From positions 52,120 through 116,119 of the forward strand of contig CANMWK010000014.1 in the NCBI GenBank assembly GCA_947501615.1: a DNA stretch of 64,000 nucleotides, written 5' to 3'. Below, piece after piece: positions 1 to 8,813 of this stretch (the first letter of the stretch is position 1; each line of letters begins with the position of its first letter). The DNA is from an uncultured Tenacibaculum sp. Its GTDB lineage: Bacteria > Bacteroidota > Bacteroidia > Flavobacteriales > Flavobacteriaceae. The notes under the pieces were generated by a model. It ran no database searches and had not been told where the DNA came from. It saw only the letters and a program-made list of their open reading frames with translations. The position numbers and the translations under genes were made by a program.

Positions 1-801
1 GAAGCCTTTGCTGAAATTAAAAATGATACCAAAACTATCGACAATCTTAAAATATGGTTATTAAAAAACAAACAAGTTAACTCTTGGAAAACTACCAAGT
101 CTACTACCCAAGCTATTTATGCACTACTTTTTCAAGGTACTAACTGGTTATCTTCTTCGGAATTGGTAAATGTTACTGTTGGTGATACTACTATTGATCC
201 GTCAACATTAGAAGACACCAAAATTGAAGCTGGTACAGGTTATTATAAAACTTCTTGGAAAGGAAGTGATATTTCAAGTAATAAAGCTACAGTAACATTA
301 ACCAAAAATGATGCTGGAATTGCATGGGGTGGATTATACTGGCAATATTTTGAAGATTTAGATAAAATCACCCATGCTAAAACACCTTTGGCATTAACCA
401 AAAAGCTATTCAAAAAAACAAACTCAAATACTGGTAAACAACTTATCGAGGTTACAAATACAGATGTACAAGTTGGTGATTTAATTACTGTTCGAGTAAC
501 ATTAAAAGCTGATCGAGATATGGAGTTTATCCATATGAAAGATATGCGAGCTTCTGCCTTTGAACCTGCAGATGTATTATCACAATACAAATGGCAAGAT
601 GGTTTAGGGTATTATCAAAGTACCAAAGATGCAGCTACACACTTTTTCTTTGATCGTTTACCAAAAGGAGTGTATGTATTTGAATATGATGTGAGAGCTA
701 ATAACAAAGGAAATTTTAGTAACGGAATTACAACCATACAAAGTATGTATGCTCCAGAATTTTCGAGTCATTCTAAAGGAACTAGAATTCAAATTAAATA
801 A
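1..801 (+). CDS. alpha-2-macroglobulin family protein, C-terminal fragment (5' end upstream of window)
   Basis: Frame 1 is open from base 1 (EAFAEIKNDTKTIDNLKIWLLKNKQV...) into the listed ORF 163..801. The C-terminal segments WGGLYWQYFEDLDKI, DMEFIHMKDMRASAFEP and GVYVFEYDVRANNKGNF resemble the C-terminal domain of bacterial A2M-like proteins. Confidence 0.6.
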   Translation, partial: EAFAEIKNDTKTIDNLKIWLLKNKQVNSWKTTKSTTQAIYALLFQGTNWLSSSELVNVTVGDTTIDPSTLEDTKIEAGTGYYKTSWKGSDISSNKATVTLTKNDAGIAWGGLYWQYFEDLDKITHAKTPLALTKKLFKKTNSNTGKQLIEVTNTDVQVGDLITVRVTLKADRDMEFIHMKDMRASAFEPADVLSQYKWQDGLGYYQSTKDAATHFFFDRLPKGVYVFEYDVRANNKGNFSNGITTIQSMYAPEFSSHSKGTRIQIK

Positions 802-811
802 ATTTAAAAAG

Positions 812-1258
812 GTGAAATATTCTGTTCTTATTGTTCTGTTTTATATTTCGTTTAGTAGTTTCTCTCAACAAATAGATATAAAATCTCTTAAGTGGAAAAA
901 TAGAGTTATACTAATCATATCAGATACCAAAGACAATACGCTTTATAGAGAACAAATACATGAGTATATTAATCTGCCTGATGCTTTTAATGACCGAAAA
1001 TTAAAAATAATTGACATTCAACAAAACCGCTACAGAACAATATCGTATTTTAAAGATAAGACTGTAATAGGAACTTGGATAAGTAATACTTCATTATATA
1101 CAAAATATTCATCTAAACAAAGTAATTTCAAAGTAGTACTTCTTGGCCTTGATGGAGGTACTAAAAAAATCATACGAGATCAAGTTTTTTCTAGAACTCT
1201 ACTTTTTACTTTGATTGATGGAATGCCAATGCGAAAAGCGGAATTACGAAAAAACTAG
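812..1258 (+). CDS. DUF4174 domain-containing secreted protein
   Basis: Track ORF 749..1258 overlaps the upstream gene. An in-frame GTG at 812 gives MKYSVLIVLFYISFSSFSQQ, a signal peptide. WKNRVILI...LLGLDGGTK...IDGMPMR fits the DUF4174 pattern. Confidence 0.6.
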   Translation: MKYSVLIVLFYISFSSFSQQIDIKSLKWKNRVILIISDTKDNTLYREQIHEYINLPDAFNDRKLKIIDIQQNRYRTISYFKDKTVIGTWISNTSLYTKYSSKQSNFKVVLLGLDGGTKKIIRDQVFSRTLLFTLIDGMPMRKAELRKN

Positions 1259-1270
1259 TTATGTTAAGGT

Positions 1271-2146
1271 ATGAAACCAATTAAACAAATTAAATTCCAA
1301 AATAAAGAGGCTAACGATTACTATTTTGATTTTGTCAGTTTAGAAGATACCTTAAAGAAAAAACCTAAAGATCATAGTCAATTCGAGCATCATAAAATTC
1401 TATTTTATGTAATTGTTATTATTACGGATGGGATCGGTAACCACAATATCAATTATACTGATTACACCTATAAAAAAGGAACAGTTTTCACATTAAGAAA
1501 GAATAACACCCATAAGTTCTACAAAACAACTGCCAAAGGAAACTTTCTTGTTTTTACTGAAGATTTTATTATCAAATATTCTGATAATTTCGAAACCTTG
1601 AAATTATTCCAGCTTTTTAATGAAATGTTGAGTTCTCCTAAAATTCAGCTAAATGAGGATGATTTCCAAGAAGTACATCTATTAATTCATCAAATAAACA
1701 AAGAGTTTTTAGAACAAAACAATTCTTATTCTAATGCGATTATTAGAAGTTTAGTGCAAGTAATTATACTTAAGCTATTAAAAATTAAATCGAAAGAAAA
1801 TAAAAATTTTGAAAATAAAAACTATCATTTACAATTTATAAAACTCCAAGAACTCATTGAAAAAGAATGTTTTGAAAGCAAAAAAGTTACTTTCTATGCT
1901 ACAAAAATGGGAGTTAGCACCAAAACACTAAATAATATTACACAAAGTATTATTGGTAAACCTGCTAAATCATTTATAGACGAGATTTTAATTTTACAAA
2001 TTAAAAGGTTATTAATTAACTCTCAACTTTCTTTAACCGAAATCGCTTACCTTGTCGGTTTCGATTCACCTACTAATTTTTTTAAATACTTTAGAAAACG
2101 AACTCAACTTTCTCCTAAAGAATTTAAAAATCAAAACAAACACTAA
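1271..2146 (+). CDS. AraC family transcriptional regulator
   Basis: C-terminal dual HTH region (KVTFYATKMGVSTKTLNNITQ ... LSLTEIAYLVGFDSPTNFFKYFRKRTQLSPKEFK) is typical of AraC/XylS. The N-terminal region is a cupin-like ligand domain. Confidence 0.8.
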   Translation: MKPIKQIKFQNKEANDYYFDFVSLEDTLKKKPKDHSQFEHHKILFYVIVIITDGIGNHNINYTDYTYKKGTVFTLRKNNTHKFYKTTAKGNFLVFTEDFIIKYSDNFETLKLFQLFNEMLSSPKIQLNEDDFQEVHLLIHQINKEFLEQNNSYSNAIIRSLVQVIILKLLKIKSKENKNFENKNYHLQFIKLQELIEKECFESKKVTFYATKMGVSTKTLNNITQSIIGKPAKSFIDEILILQIKRLLINSQLSLTEIAYLVGFDSPTNFFKYFRKRTQLSPKEFKNQNKH

Positions 2147-2245
2147 ACTTTCCCATTTTTACCTTAAAAAAGTTTTTTTTCACCTAAACAACTTACAGCT
2201 TCACTATAGTTTTGTAATTGTCAATTTTTAAACCCAATTACAAAC

Positions 2246-2650
2246 ATGAATAACAAAGAAGCTATCACTAGTTTTTATGGAAAAGCTTTAACCGTAAACT
2301 CTGAAACTAGACCTACAGAAATTTTAACTCCCTTGTTAGAAAATGGTTACCAATCTTTTGGTTCCATAGACACTAAAAGTGCAAAACAACTAGTACAGCA
2401 ATTAGAATTCTTCTGGAAATTGATTCCTAATTTAACGTGGGAAATACAAGAAATTATTAATGAAGGAGATAAATATGTTGTTAGAAGTATTGCCACAGGT
2501 TCACCAAACGGAGACTTTATGGGGGTAGCTACAGATGGTTCTAAGTCTTTTAAAATTATGACTACCGATATCCATACTATTAAAAACGGAAAATTCATCG
2601 ATACCTTTCATCTAGAGGATTGGCCAACCGCTTTTAAACAATTACAATAA
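2246..2650 (+). CDS. SnoaL-like (ester cyclase / NTF2-fold) protein, cytoplasmic form
   Basis: 134 aa with the SnoaL-like pattern (FYGKALTVN...QLEFFWKLIPNLTWEIQEII..GDKYVVRS.ATG..NG.FMG). No signal peptide. Confidence 0.65.
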   Translation: MNNKEAITSFYGKALTVNSETRPTEILTPLLENGYQSFGSIDTKSAKQLVQQLEFFWKLIPNLTWEIQEIINEGDKYVVRSIATGSPNGDFMGVATDGSKSFKIMTTDIHTIKNGKFIDTFHLEDWPTAFKQLQ

Positions 2651-2665
2651 ACTTAAAACACAATA

Positions 2666-3577
2666 ATGAGAAAATTAATTTTATCGTTTACTACAATTCT
2701 AATTATTGTAGTAAACACAGCTTGTGATGCACAAAAAAGTAACCCTAATGAAATTGCTAAAAACAAAAAAGCAATAATGGACTTCTACAATAAAGCACTT
2801 ACTGTTAATAAGGATACTCGTCCTACAAAAGTATTAACACCTTTAATGGAAACTAATTATACTTCTACTAGTTCCTCTGGAACTAAAGATAGTAAGCAAC
2901 TAATGGGGCAATTAGAATTCTTTTGGAAACTTATACCAGATTTAAAATGGCAAACCCAACAAATTATCAATCAAGATGATATTTATGTTGTTAGAAGTAT
3001 AGCAACAGGAACCCCTAATGGAAATTTTATGGGGCTGGCTACTGATGGAGCTAAGTCTTTTAAAATTACAACCATTGACATTCATACGATGAAGAATGGA
3101 AAATTTGTAAACACACATCATGTAGAGGATTGGGCTACTGCAATGCAACAGTTAAAACCTAAAACAGAAAAAAATATAGATCAGACAATGAAAATTGCAA
3201 CGGATTTTATGGGTACTATGGGAAAAGGTGATATCGAGAAAATGAAGAGTCTAATGCATGAAGATATGGTTTGGCATAATGAAGGAGATAAAAAATTACC
3301 GTGGATTGGTCCTTGGAAAGGTAAAAAAGTAATTCTAGAAAAGTTTTTCCCGCTATTCGGTACAAATTTTAAAACTATAAAATGGGAACCTAATGATGCT
3401 TTATCGAAAGGAGACACAGCTGCATTTTTTGGAAAAATGATTGGTGAATTAACAAAATCAGGAAAAAAAACTAATGAATTCACTTACGCTTTACGTGTAA
3501 AAGTTAAAGATGGAAAAATTATTCTTTGGAACTGGTTCGAAGACAGTTATGAAGTATCTAAAGCCTATAGTAAATAA
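2666..3577 (+). CDS. lipoprotein with N-terminal SnoaL-like domain plus a second NTF2/SnoaL_2-like domain
   Basis: Signal peptide with lipobox Cys (IIVVNTAC). Residues about 30-165 are clearly paralogous to the preceding gene (QLEFFWKLIPDLKWQTQQII..DDIYVVRSIATGTPNGNFMG). The C-terminal half (MHEDMVWHNEGD...KDGKIILWNWFED) looks NTF2-like. Confidence 0.6.
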   Translation: MRKLILSFTTILIIVVNTACDAQKSNPNEIAKNKKAIMDFYNKALTVNKDTRPTKVLTPLMETNYTSTSSSGTKDSKQLMGQLEFFWKLIPDLKWQTQQIINQDDIYVVRSIATGTPNGNFMGLATDGAKSFKITTIDIHTMKNGKFVNTHHVEDWATAMQQLKPKTEKNIDQTMKIATDFMGTMGKGDIEKMKSLMHEDMVWHNEGDKKLPWIGPWKGKKVILEKFFPLFGTNFKTIKWEPNDALSKGDTAAFFGKMIGELTKSGKKTNEFTYALRVKVKDGKIILWNWFEDSYEVSKAYSK

Positions 3578-3600
3578 TTGTATAATTAAAAATTAAAAAA

Positions 3601-4200
3601 ATGAATTTCAAAAAATTAACAAGTATCTTTATTATTGTTATTACTTTCTTTTCATGTAATGACGATAAAAAAACAACACAATCTCCATTAGTAAATGGAA
3701 CAACAATTACATTACGAAATACATTAACCGATGGATTTCCTGAAACTCCTTATCCACAACTTCCTTTATTTGTAGATGGACTTTCAGAAGGTGATTTTGA
3801 TGAAGAAGCAACACTTTCAAACACATCAATAGAGTTTGCAACTGCTTTAAAACAAGATAATGTAAATTTTTCTCCTGTTCCAGGTACAGTACCTCCATTT
3901 ATTGTAAATATTAGTGGTTTATATAAAATAGATTTTACAGAAAATAGTATTAGTTTTGAGTTATTACCTGAAGAAAGTGATTCTTTTTGGGGACCTGCTG
4001 TTTTTAATGAAGGACCTTATGCTTCTGGAAAATTTGATAGGTATTATTTTACCTTATCAAAAGCGCATAATATTAAAGGATTTACAAGTAATAACCCGGC
4101 TGTAAATTTAAGATTAGATTCTGACACCAGTTTTGTAGTAGAACTTGGAGAAGGATATGAAATAAAACCAGGTTTATCTTTCACTGTTAATTTAAACTAA
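3601..4200 (+). CDS. hypothetical lipoprotein
   Basis: Signal peptide plus lipobox (ITFFSCNDDKK). No family recognised. Confidence 0.5.
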   Translation: MNFKKLTSIFIIVITFFSCNDDKKTTQSPLVNGTTITLRNTLTDGFPETPYPQLPLFVDGLSEGDFDEEATLSNTSIEFATALKQDNVNFSPVPGTVPPFIVNISGLYKIDFTENSISFELLPEESDSFWGPAVFNEGPYASGKFDRYYFTLSKAHNIKGFTSNNPAVNLRLDSDTSFVVELGEGYEIKPGLSFTVNLN

Positions 4201-4683
4201 GATCTGATTTAAATCATTTCACATTAAGATAAATAATAAAAACACACAGAAGTTTAACAGAAAATTTAAGGGTCTAAAAAGAAATGTTAAAATATAATTC
4301 TGAAAATCAATTACTACAAAAATTGAAAATGAGTTATTTTAATAAAAACATCTTTTTTAGACCTTTTACTTTGGGGTATAAATCATATCAATTCAAAGTG
4401 ATAATTTTAATTAACTCTAATAACTCTTCTTTTTTTAAACTTCCTTCATCGTTTAAAAACTTATCTGATTCAACTAATTCTACTATCATCTTCATATTAG
4501 CGCCTTTAAACTTCAACTTCTTTATTAAAACTGAATTTGTGATCATAACTAATAATTTTTAAGGGATTATTGTAACACAACTTAAAAATAATAATTAACC
4601 TAAAAAAATGATAACATTATAGATGAATGAACCTAAAGCGAAGATCATAGTTATTCTTGTAATGTTTAAGAGCAACAAAAAAA

Positions 4684-5565
4684 CTACACTCTTTTAATTT
4701 TCATCACATTGAACCAATTAAAAAGATATTTCCTTTGTACTAAAACAAATAATGGTAGTAAACCATGAGGTAAACGATACACTACCAAGTATAAATTCTG
4801 ATGTATTGATTGCAAAGGAAAATCCCAATAAAAGTTAGCAAAAATACGAGCCATAGCAGTAAGTAATCCCCAAATAACAGCATAAACTAAAGCATATACA
4901 TCTACTTTTGGAATAAAAATCAAAACTGCTAAAATAAAATCTAAAATACCTGCTACATATAAAAAACGTAAGGCAAAAGATTCAGAAACTCCTAAAATAT
5001 GAATCACCATATCTACAAATTTTCCAGGAACAGGATATGCCCCAAAAGCATACAATCCGTGTGAAAAAAAAGTAACCGCAATTAAAACTTTAAGTGCAAA
5101 AATTAATTTTGTTAGCTTAAAATTAGATGTAAAGGTGTAGAGCAATACAAAAGGTAAGCCGAATTGAATACTATGCTCAAAGAATTGTGCAAAATGATAG
5201 AACTTTTCTTTGGTTTGTAATACCGCTAAAATCACTAAACTCAATCCTCCGAGAAAGATAGGGATTTTTAAAAAAATCTTATTTCTTTTTGTTATCAGTA
5301 AACTACTTACTGCGGCAATACTATATAAAATCCCAGTACTAATAATTAGAGACTGCACAAATTTATCTGTATTTGGACTTGTAACATAAGTCATCCATGA
5401 AACATTAAACCATTCTTCTATTATCGGTTTTAAAAGTGTTTCATCCCAGAAAAATGATCGATAAGGAGCATCCCAAAATAAATGTTGCCATGCTCTACCC
5501 AAAAAAACAAAAAATACAGAAACTTTTAGGAGGTTGTATTTATTCATGTGCCAAATTACGCACAA
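4684..5565 (-). CDS. hypothetical polytopic membrane protein
   Basis: 293-aa ORF with about 8 hydrophobic segments. The start may instead be the second Met (MNKYNLL, base 5547). No family recognised. Confidence 0.55.
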   Translation of the reverse strand: MCVIWHMNKYNLLKVSVFFVFLGRAWQHLFWDAPYRSFFWDETLLKPIIEEWFNVSWMTYVTSPNTDKFVQSLIISTGILYSIAAVSSLLITKRNKIFLKIPIFLGGLSLVILAVLQTKEKFYHFAQFFEHSIQFGLPFVLLYTFTSNFKLTKLIFALKVLIAVTFFSHGLYAFGAYPVPGKFVDMVIHILGVSESFALRFLYVAGILDFILAVLIFIPKVDVYALVYAVIWGLLTAMARIFANFYWDFPLQSIHQNLYLVVYRLPHGLLPLFVLVQRKYLFNWFNVMKIKRV

Positions 5566-5715
5566 AGCTTGTTAACAATTAAAAGTTTAGATGTTAAATT
5601 TACTTGAACATATTGTTATCAATTTTAATTTTTAATTAAGAATTAAAATTGAAAGTAAAATATTTTCTAACTTTTTTACTTTCGCCAAATCTTAAACAAT
5701 TAACCTCACTTCATC

Positions 5716-7983
5716 ATGAAAAAACTTCTTTTTCTAGCATTCCTATTTTGCATTGGATTTAATGCTAACGCAAACACCGATAAATATCGACTTACTTTAA
5801 GAGATGATCCTGCAGCAACTATTGTTATTGGATGGAATCAAATTTCAGGTAGTAACCCCAGGGTTTATTATGGAACAACTGACCATGGAACGAATTATAC
5901 GAATTATACCTTTTCTATGGCACCAACAAAAGCGGTTTCATACAAAGGAATGAATAATAATTTTGCAAGATTAACAGGTTTACAGCCAAATACTGCTTAT
6001 TACTTTGTTATTAGAGATAGCCAAGGAACAAGTAGACGATTATGGTTTAAAACTGCTCCTGCTGATAATAGTAGATTGTCTTTTATTGCTGGTGGAGATT
6101 CTAGAAACAATAGAACTCCAAGAAGAAATGCAAACCTACTAGTTGCTAAACTAAAGCCTCATGCTGTTTTATTTGGTGGTGATATGACAGATAACGACAC
6201 AAATAGTCAATGGCGAACTTGGTTTGACGATTGGCAATTAACTATTGCTACTGACGGAAGAATGTTCCCAATTATTGCTGCTAGGGGTAATCATGAAGAT
6301 AGTAACAATAGTATTTATAATTTATTTGATGTTCCTTCAACCAGTGTATATTATGCTATTACTTTTGGGAACAACTTAGTAAGAACATACACTTTAAATA
6401 CGGAGATTTCAATTTCTGGAAATCAAACGACTTGGCTACGTAACGATTTAACCTCTACCAATACTATTTGGAAAATTGCACAATATCACAAACCAATGCG
6501 TCCTCATGTTCGTTTTAAGCGTGAAGGAAATAGTCAGTATGGCAATTGGGCTCGTTTATTCTACGATAACAATGTCAAATTAGTTGTAGAGTGTGATGCG
6601 CATACTGTAAAAACCACATGGCCTGTTCGTCCTTCTTCTTCTTCAGGTAATGATGAAGGATTTAAAAGAGACGATAATGGTACTACATATCTTGGAGAAG
6701 GATGTTGGGGAGCTCCATTACGTTCAAATGATGATAATAAAAACTGGACTCGTAATTCTGGAAGGTTTAATCAATTTAAATGGATTTTTGTTGACGAAAA
6801 TAAAATTGAAACTAGAACAATACGTGTAGATAATGCTACAAATGTTGGTTCGGTTTCAAACAGTAACTCTTTTCAAATTCCTTCTAATTTAGATGTTTGG
6901 AATCCTTCAAACGGTAGTGTGGTTACCATCAATAGAAATGCTTCTGGAGGTGGTGGAGATGCTGGAAATGGAACTCTAGAAGTAGCTATAGCAAATGGTA
7001 GTGATGATGTAGAGGAAAGAGAGAATGGTACTATTTATGCCAATAGTAGCGATTTAGAAATGGTGTATGATAGTTATGAAAATAATGGATTTCAAAAAGT
7101 AGGTTTACGTTTTAGAGGTGTAAATTTACCTAAGAATGCTACAATAACTAGTGCTTATCTTCAGTTTACAGCGGATGAAAGTAATAGTGCAACTACAGAA
7201 CTAGAAATTAGTTTACATGATAGTAGTAATTCTTCAGCATTTTCTGACTCTAATAATGTTTCCAATAGAACCACTTTTTCATCAAAAGTTACATGGAGAC
7301 CAAGTTCTTGGTCATCTAATCAAAGTGGAAGCGGACAACGAACTCCAAACTTAAAAAGTATGGTACAAAGCTTAGTCAATAAAAGTAATTGGGTATCTGG
7401 AAATAGTGTAAGTTTTCTTATTAAAGGAAAAGGTACTAGTTTAACAAGCACTTCTGCAAAACGTGTTGCAGATTCTTATGAAGGTGGAGCTAGTAAAGCT
7501 GCTCGTTTAGTAGTTTCTTATACCGTTGAAACTTCTTCAAATCCAGATATTTGTGCTGGTATTTCTGAATGGAGAAGCGGAGTAAGTTATTCGGCTGGAA
7601 CAAAAGTAGTTTATCAAGGTAACTTATTCGAAAGAACATCTAGTGGTTGGAATCGCTTAGGGGCTTGTGGAACTACAGCTAATAGATCTTCTGTACAAAA
7701 TACAATGAACCACCCTCCTATTTTCTCTGCTGAAAATTTTGACGTTAATCCAAATCCTTTTGTAAATAACATTACTATTTCTACAAAAAAGGTGTACTTT
7801 CGCGCGCCAATTGAAATCACTTTATTTGACATGAATGGTAAAGTTGTATTTCAAAAGAAACAAGTAATTGACGATAATGGAAGTCAAAAAATCACTCCGA
7901 ATGTAAAGACTACAGGAGTTTACATTTTACATGTTAAAGAAGGCAATGAAATTATCTACAAAAAGAAACTTATTAAAAAATAG
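5716..7983 (+). CDS. secreted purple-acid-phosphatase-like metallophosphoesterase with carbohydrate-binding-like domains and T9SS C-terminal sorting domain
   Basis: Signal peptide. PAP-type N-terminal beta domain (RVYYGTT...LTGLQPNTAYYFVI). Metallophosphoesterase motifs (GGDSRNN, GGDMTDND, ARGNHED, CDAHT). A central SDDVEE-type domain. A Cys-flanked W/Y-rich CBM5/12-like segment (CAGISEWRSGVSYSAGTKVVYQGNLFE...GACG). C-terminal approx 80 aa (NPNPFVNNITIS...GVYILHVKEGNEIIYKKKLIK) is typical of T9SS type A CTDs. Confidence 0.8.
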   Translation: MKKLLFLAFLFCIGFNANANTDKYRLTLRDDPAATIVIGWNQISGSNPRVYYGTTDHGTNYTNYTFSMAPTKAVSYKGMNNNFARLTGLQPNTAYYFVIRDSQGTSRRLWFKTAPADNSRLSFIAGGDSRNNRTPRRNANLLVAKLKPHAVLFGGDMTDNDTNSQWRTWFDDWQLTIATDGRMFPIIAARGNHEDSNNSIYNLFDVPSTSVYYAITFGNNLVRTYTLNTEISISGNQTTWLRNDLTSTNTIWKIAQYHKPMRPHVRFKREGNSQYGNWARLFYDNNVKLVVECDAHTVKTTWPVRPSSSSGNDEGFKRDDNGTTYLGEGCWGAPLRSNDDNKNWTRNSGRFNQFKWIFVDENKIETRTIRVDNATNVGSVSNSNSFQIPSNLDVWNPSNGSVVTINRNASGGGGDAGNGTLEVAIANGSDDVEERENGTIYANSSDLEMVYDSYENNGFQKVGLRFRGVNLPKNATITSAYLQFTADESNSATTELEISLHDSSNSSAFSDSNNVSNRTTFSSKVTWRPSSWSSNQSGSGQRTPNLKSMVQSLVNKSNWVSGNSVSFLIKGKGTSLTSTSAKRVADSYEGGASKAARLVVSYTVETSSNPDICAGISEWRSGVSYSAGTKVVYQGNLFERTSSGWNRLGACGTTANRSSVQNTMNHPPIFSAENFDVNPNPFVNNITISTKKVYFRAPIEITLFDMNGKVVFQKKQVIDDNGSQKITPNVKTTGVYILHVKEGNEIIYKKKLIKK

Positions 7984-8030
7984 ATAAATACATCAAGAAA
8001 AATCGGGAGAATTTTTTTTTGATCTTTATT

Positions 8031-8067
8031 CCGCTAGTTCTTTTAGAATTAGCGGATTTTTATTTTT
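8031..8067 (+). terminator. rho-independent terminator after the phosphoesterase gene
   Basis: CCGCTAGTTC (8031-8040) pairs with GAATTAGCGG (8046-8055). This is a 10-bp stem with one G-U, followed by ATTTTTATTTTT. Confidence 0.6.
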
Positions 8068-8072
8068 AGTGT

Positions 8073-8098
8073 TTTTTTGGAATAATTATTCCAAAAAA
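8073..8098. promoter_or_regulatory. perfect 26-bp palindrome, candidate TetR operator
   Basis: TTTTTTGGAATAATTATTCCAAAAAA is its own reverse complement. It ends 15 nt upstream of the TetR ATG at 8114. Confidence 0.55.
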
Positions 8099-8113
8099 TT
8101 ATACATTTGCATC

Positions 8114-8659
8114 ATGACAAAAAAAGATAGTATTGTTAAAGCCGCCTTAAGTTTACTTTCTAAGAACGGTATTCATGCCACTCCTATGTCTGCTATCGCT
8201 AAAGAAGCAGGTACTGGAATGGGAACTATCTATAATTATTTTCCAAATAAAGAGATTTTAATTAATCATATCTATCAATTTGTAAAATCTCAAGAACAAG
8301 ATATTTTTAAGCCTTTTCTTCCTGAAGAAAATATTAAAAGTCAGTTTTTCTCGTATTATATACTTGCTACAGAATTTTTCACTCAAAACACTGATTACTT
8401 TCAGTTTATGGAACAATTACACGCTTCCCCAATTATCACTGAAGAAAGTCGAAAATTTGGTCAAGATGCGGCTAAAGAAGTTCATAATTTGATTGAATCA
8501 GGAAAAGCAAACGGAATTATTAAAAATATACCGACCCAAGAATTACTTCAATTTATTGGAGGTTCTTTACTATCAACAATACGTTGGAATGTTCAACAGA
8601 ACAATCCAAATTATGTTGAAAGTCAGCTCAACTTAGTTTGGGACGCTGTAAAAGCATAA
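8114..8659 (+). CDS. TetR/AcrR family transcriptional regulator
   Basis: N-terminal HTH (GIHATPMSAIAKEAGTGMGTIYNYFPNKEIL). The start is moved from track 8069 to the ATG at 8114 (MTKKDSIV...), because the upstream extension lies over the palindrome. Confidence 0.85.
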   Translation: MTKKDSIVKAALSLLSKNGIHATPMSAIAKEAGTGMGTIYNYFPNKEILINHIYQFVKSQEQDIFKPFLPEENIKSQFFSYYILATEFFTQNTDYFQFMEQLHASPIITEESRKFGQDAAKEVHNLIESGKANGIIKNIPTQELLQFIGGSLLSTIRWNVQQNNPNYVESQLNLVWDAVKA

Positions 8660-8776
8660 AAAATTTAATCGCAGGGCGATAGCCAAGGGTTTAATTCCCC
8701 GATACTTGTATCGAAATATAAAAAGCTTTTTAACTAGATACCCCGCATGCTTGCAACGGGGCAGTTCATTTTAAAA

Positions 8777-8798
8777 TTGGAATGAATATTCAATCCAA
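8777..8798. promoter_or_regulatory. imperfect palindrome sharing the TTGGAAT half-site with the TetR operator
   Basis: TTGGAATGAATATTCAATCCAA has 20 of 22 positions symmetric. It lies 16 nt upstream of the SDR ATG at 8814. Confidence 0.4.
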
Positions 8799-8813
8799 AA
8801 AAAACAAATACTC

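Noticed and set aside
4284-4562. Plus-strand 92-aa ORF in the intergenic gap.
   Set aside because: Extremely low-complexity, Asn/Phe/Ile-rich translation. No signal or motif, and it sits in an AT-rich spacer. Treated as spurious.
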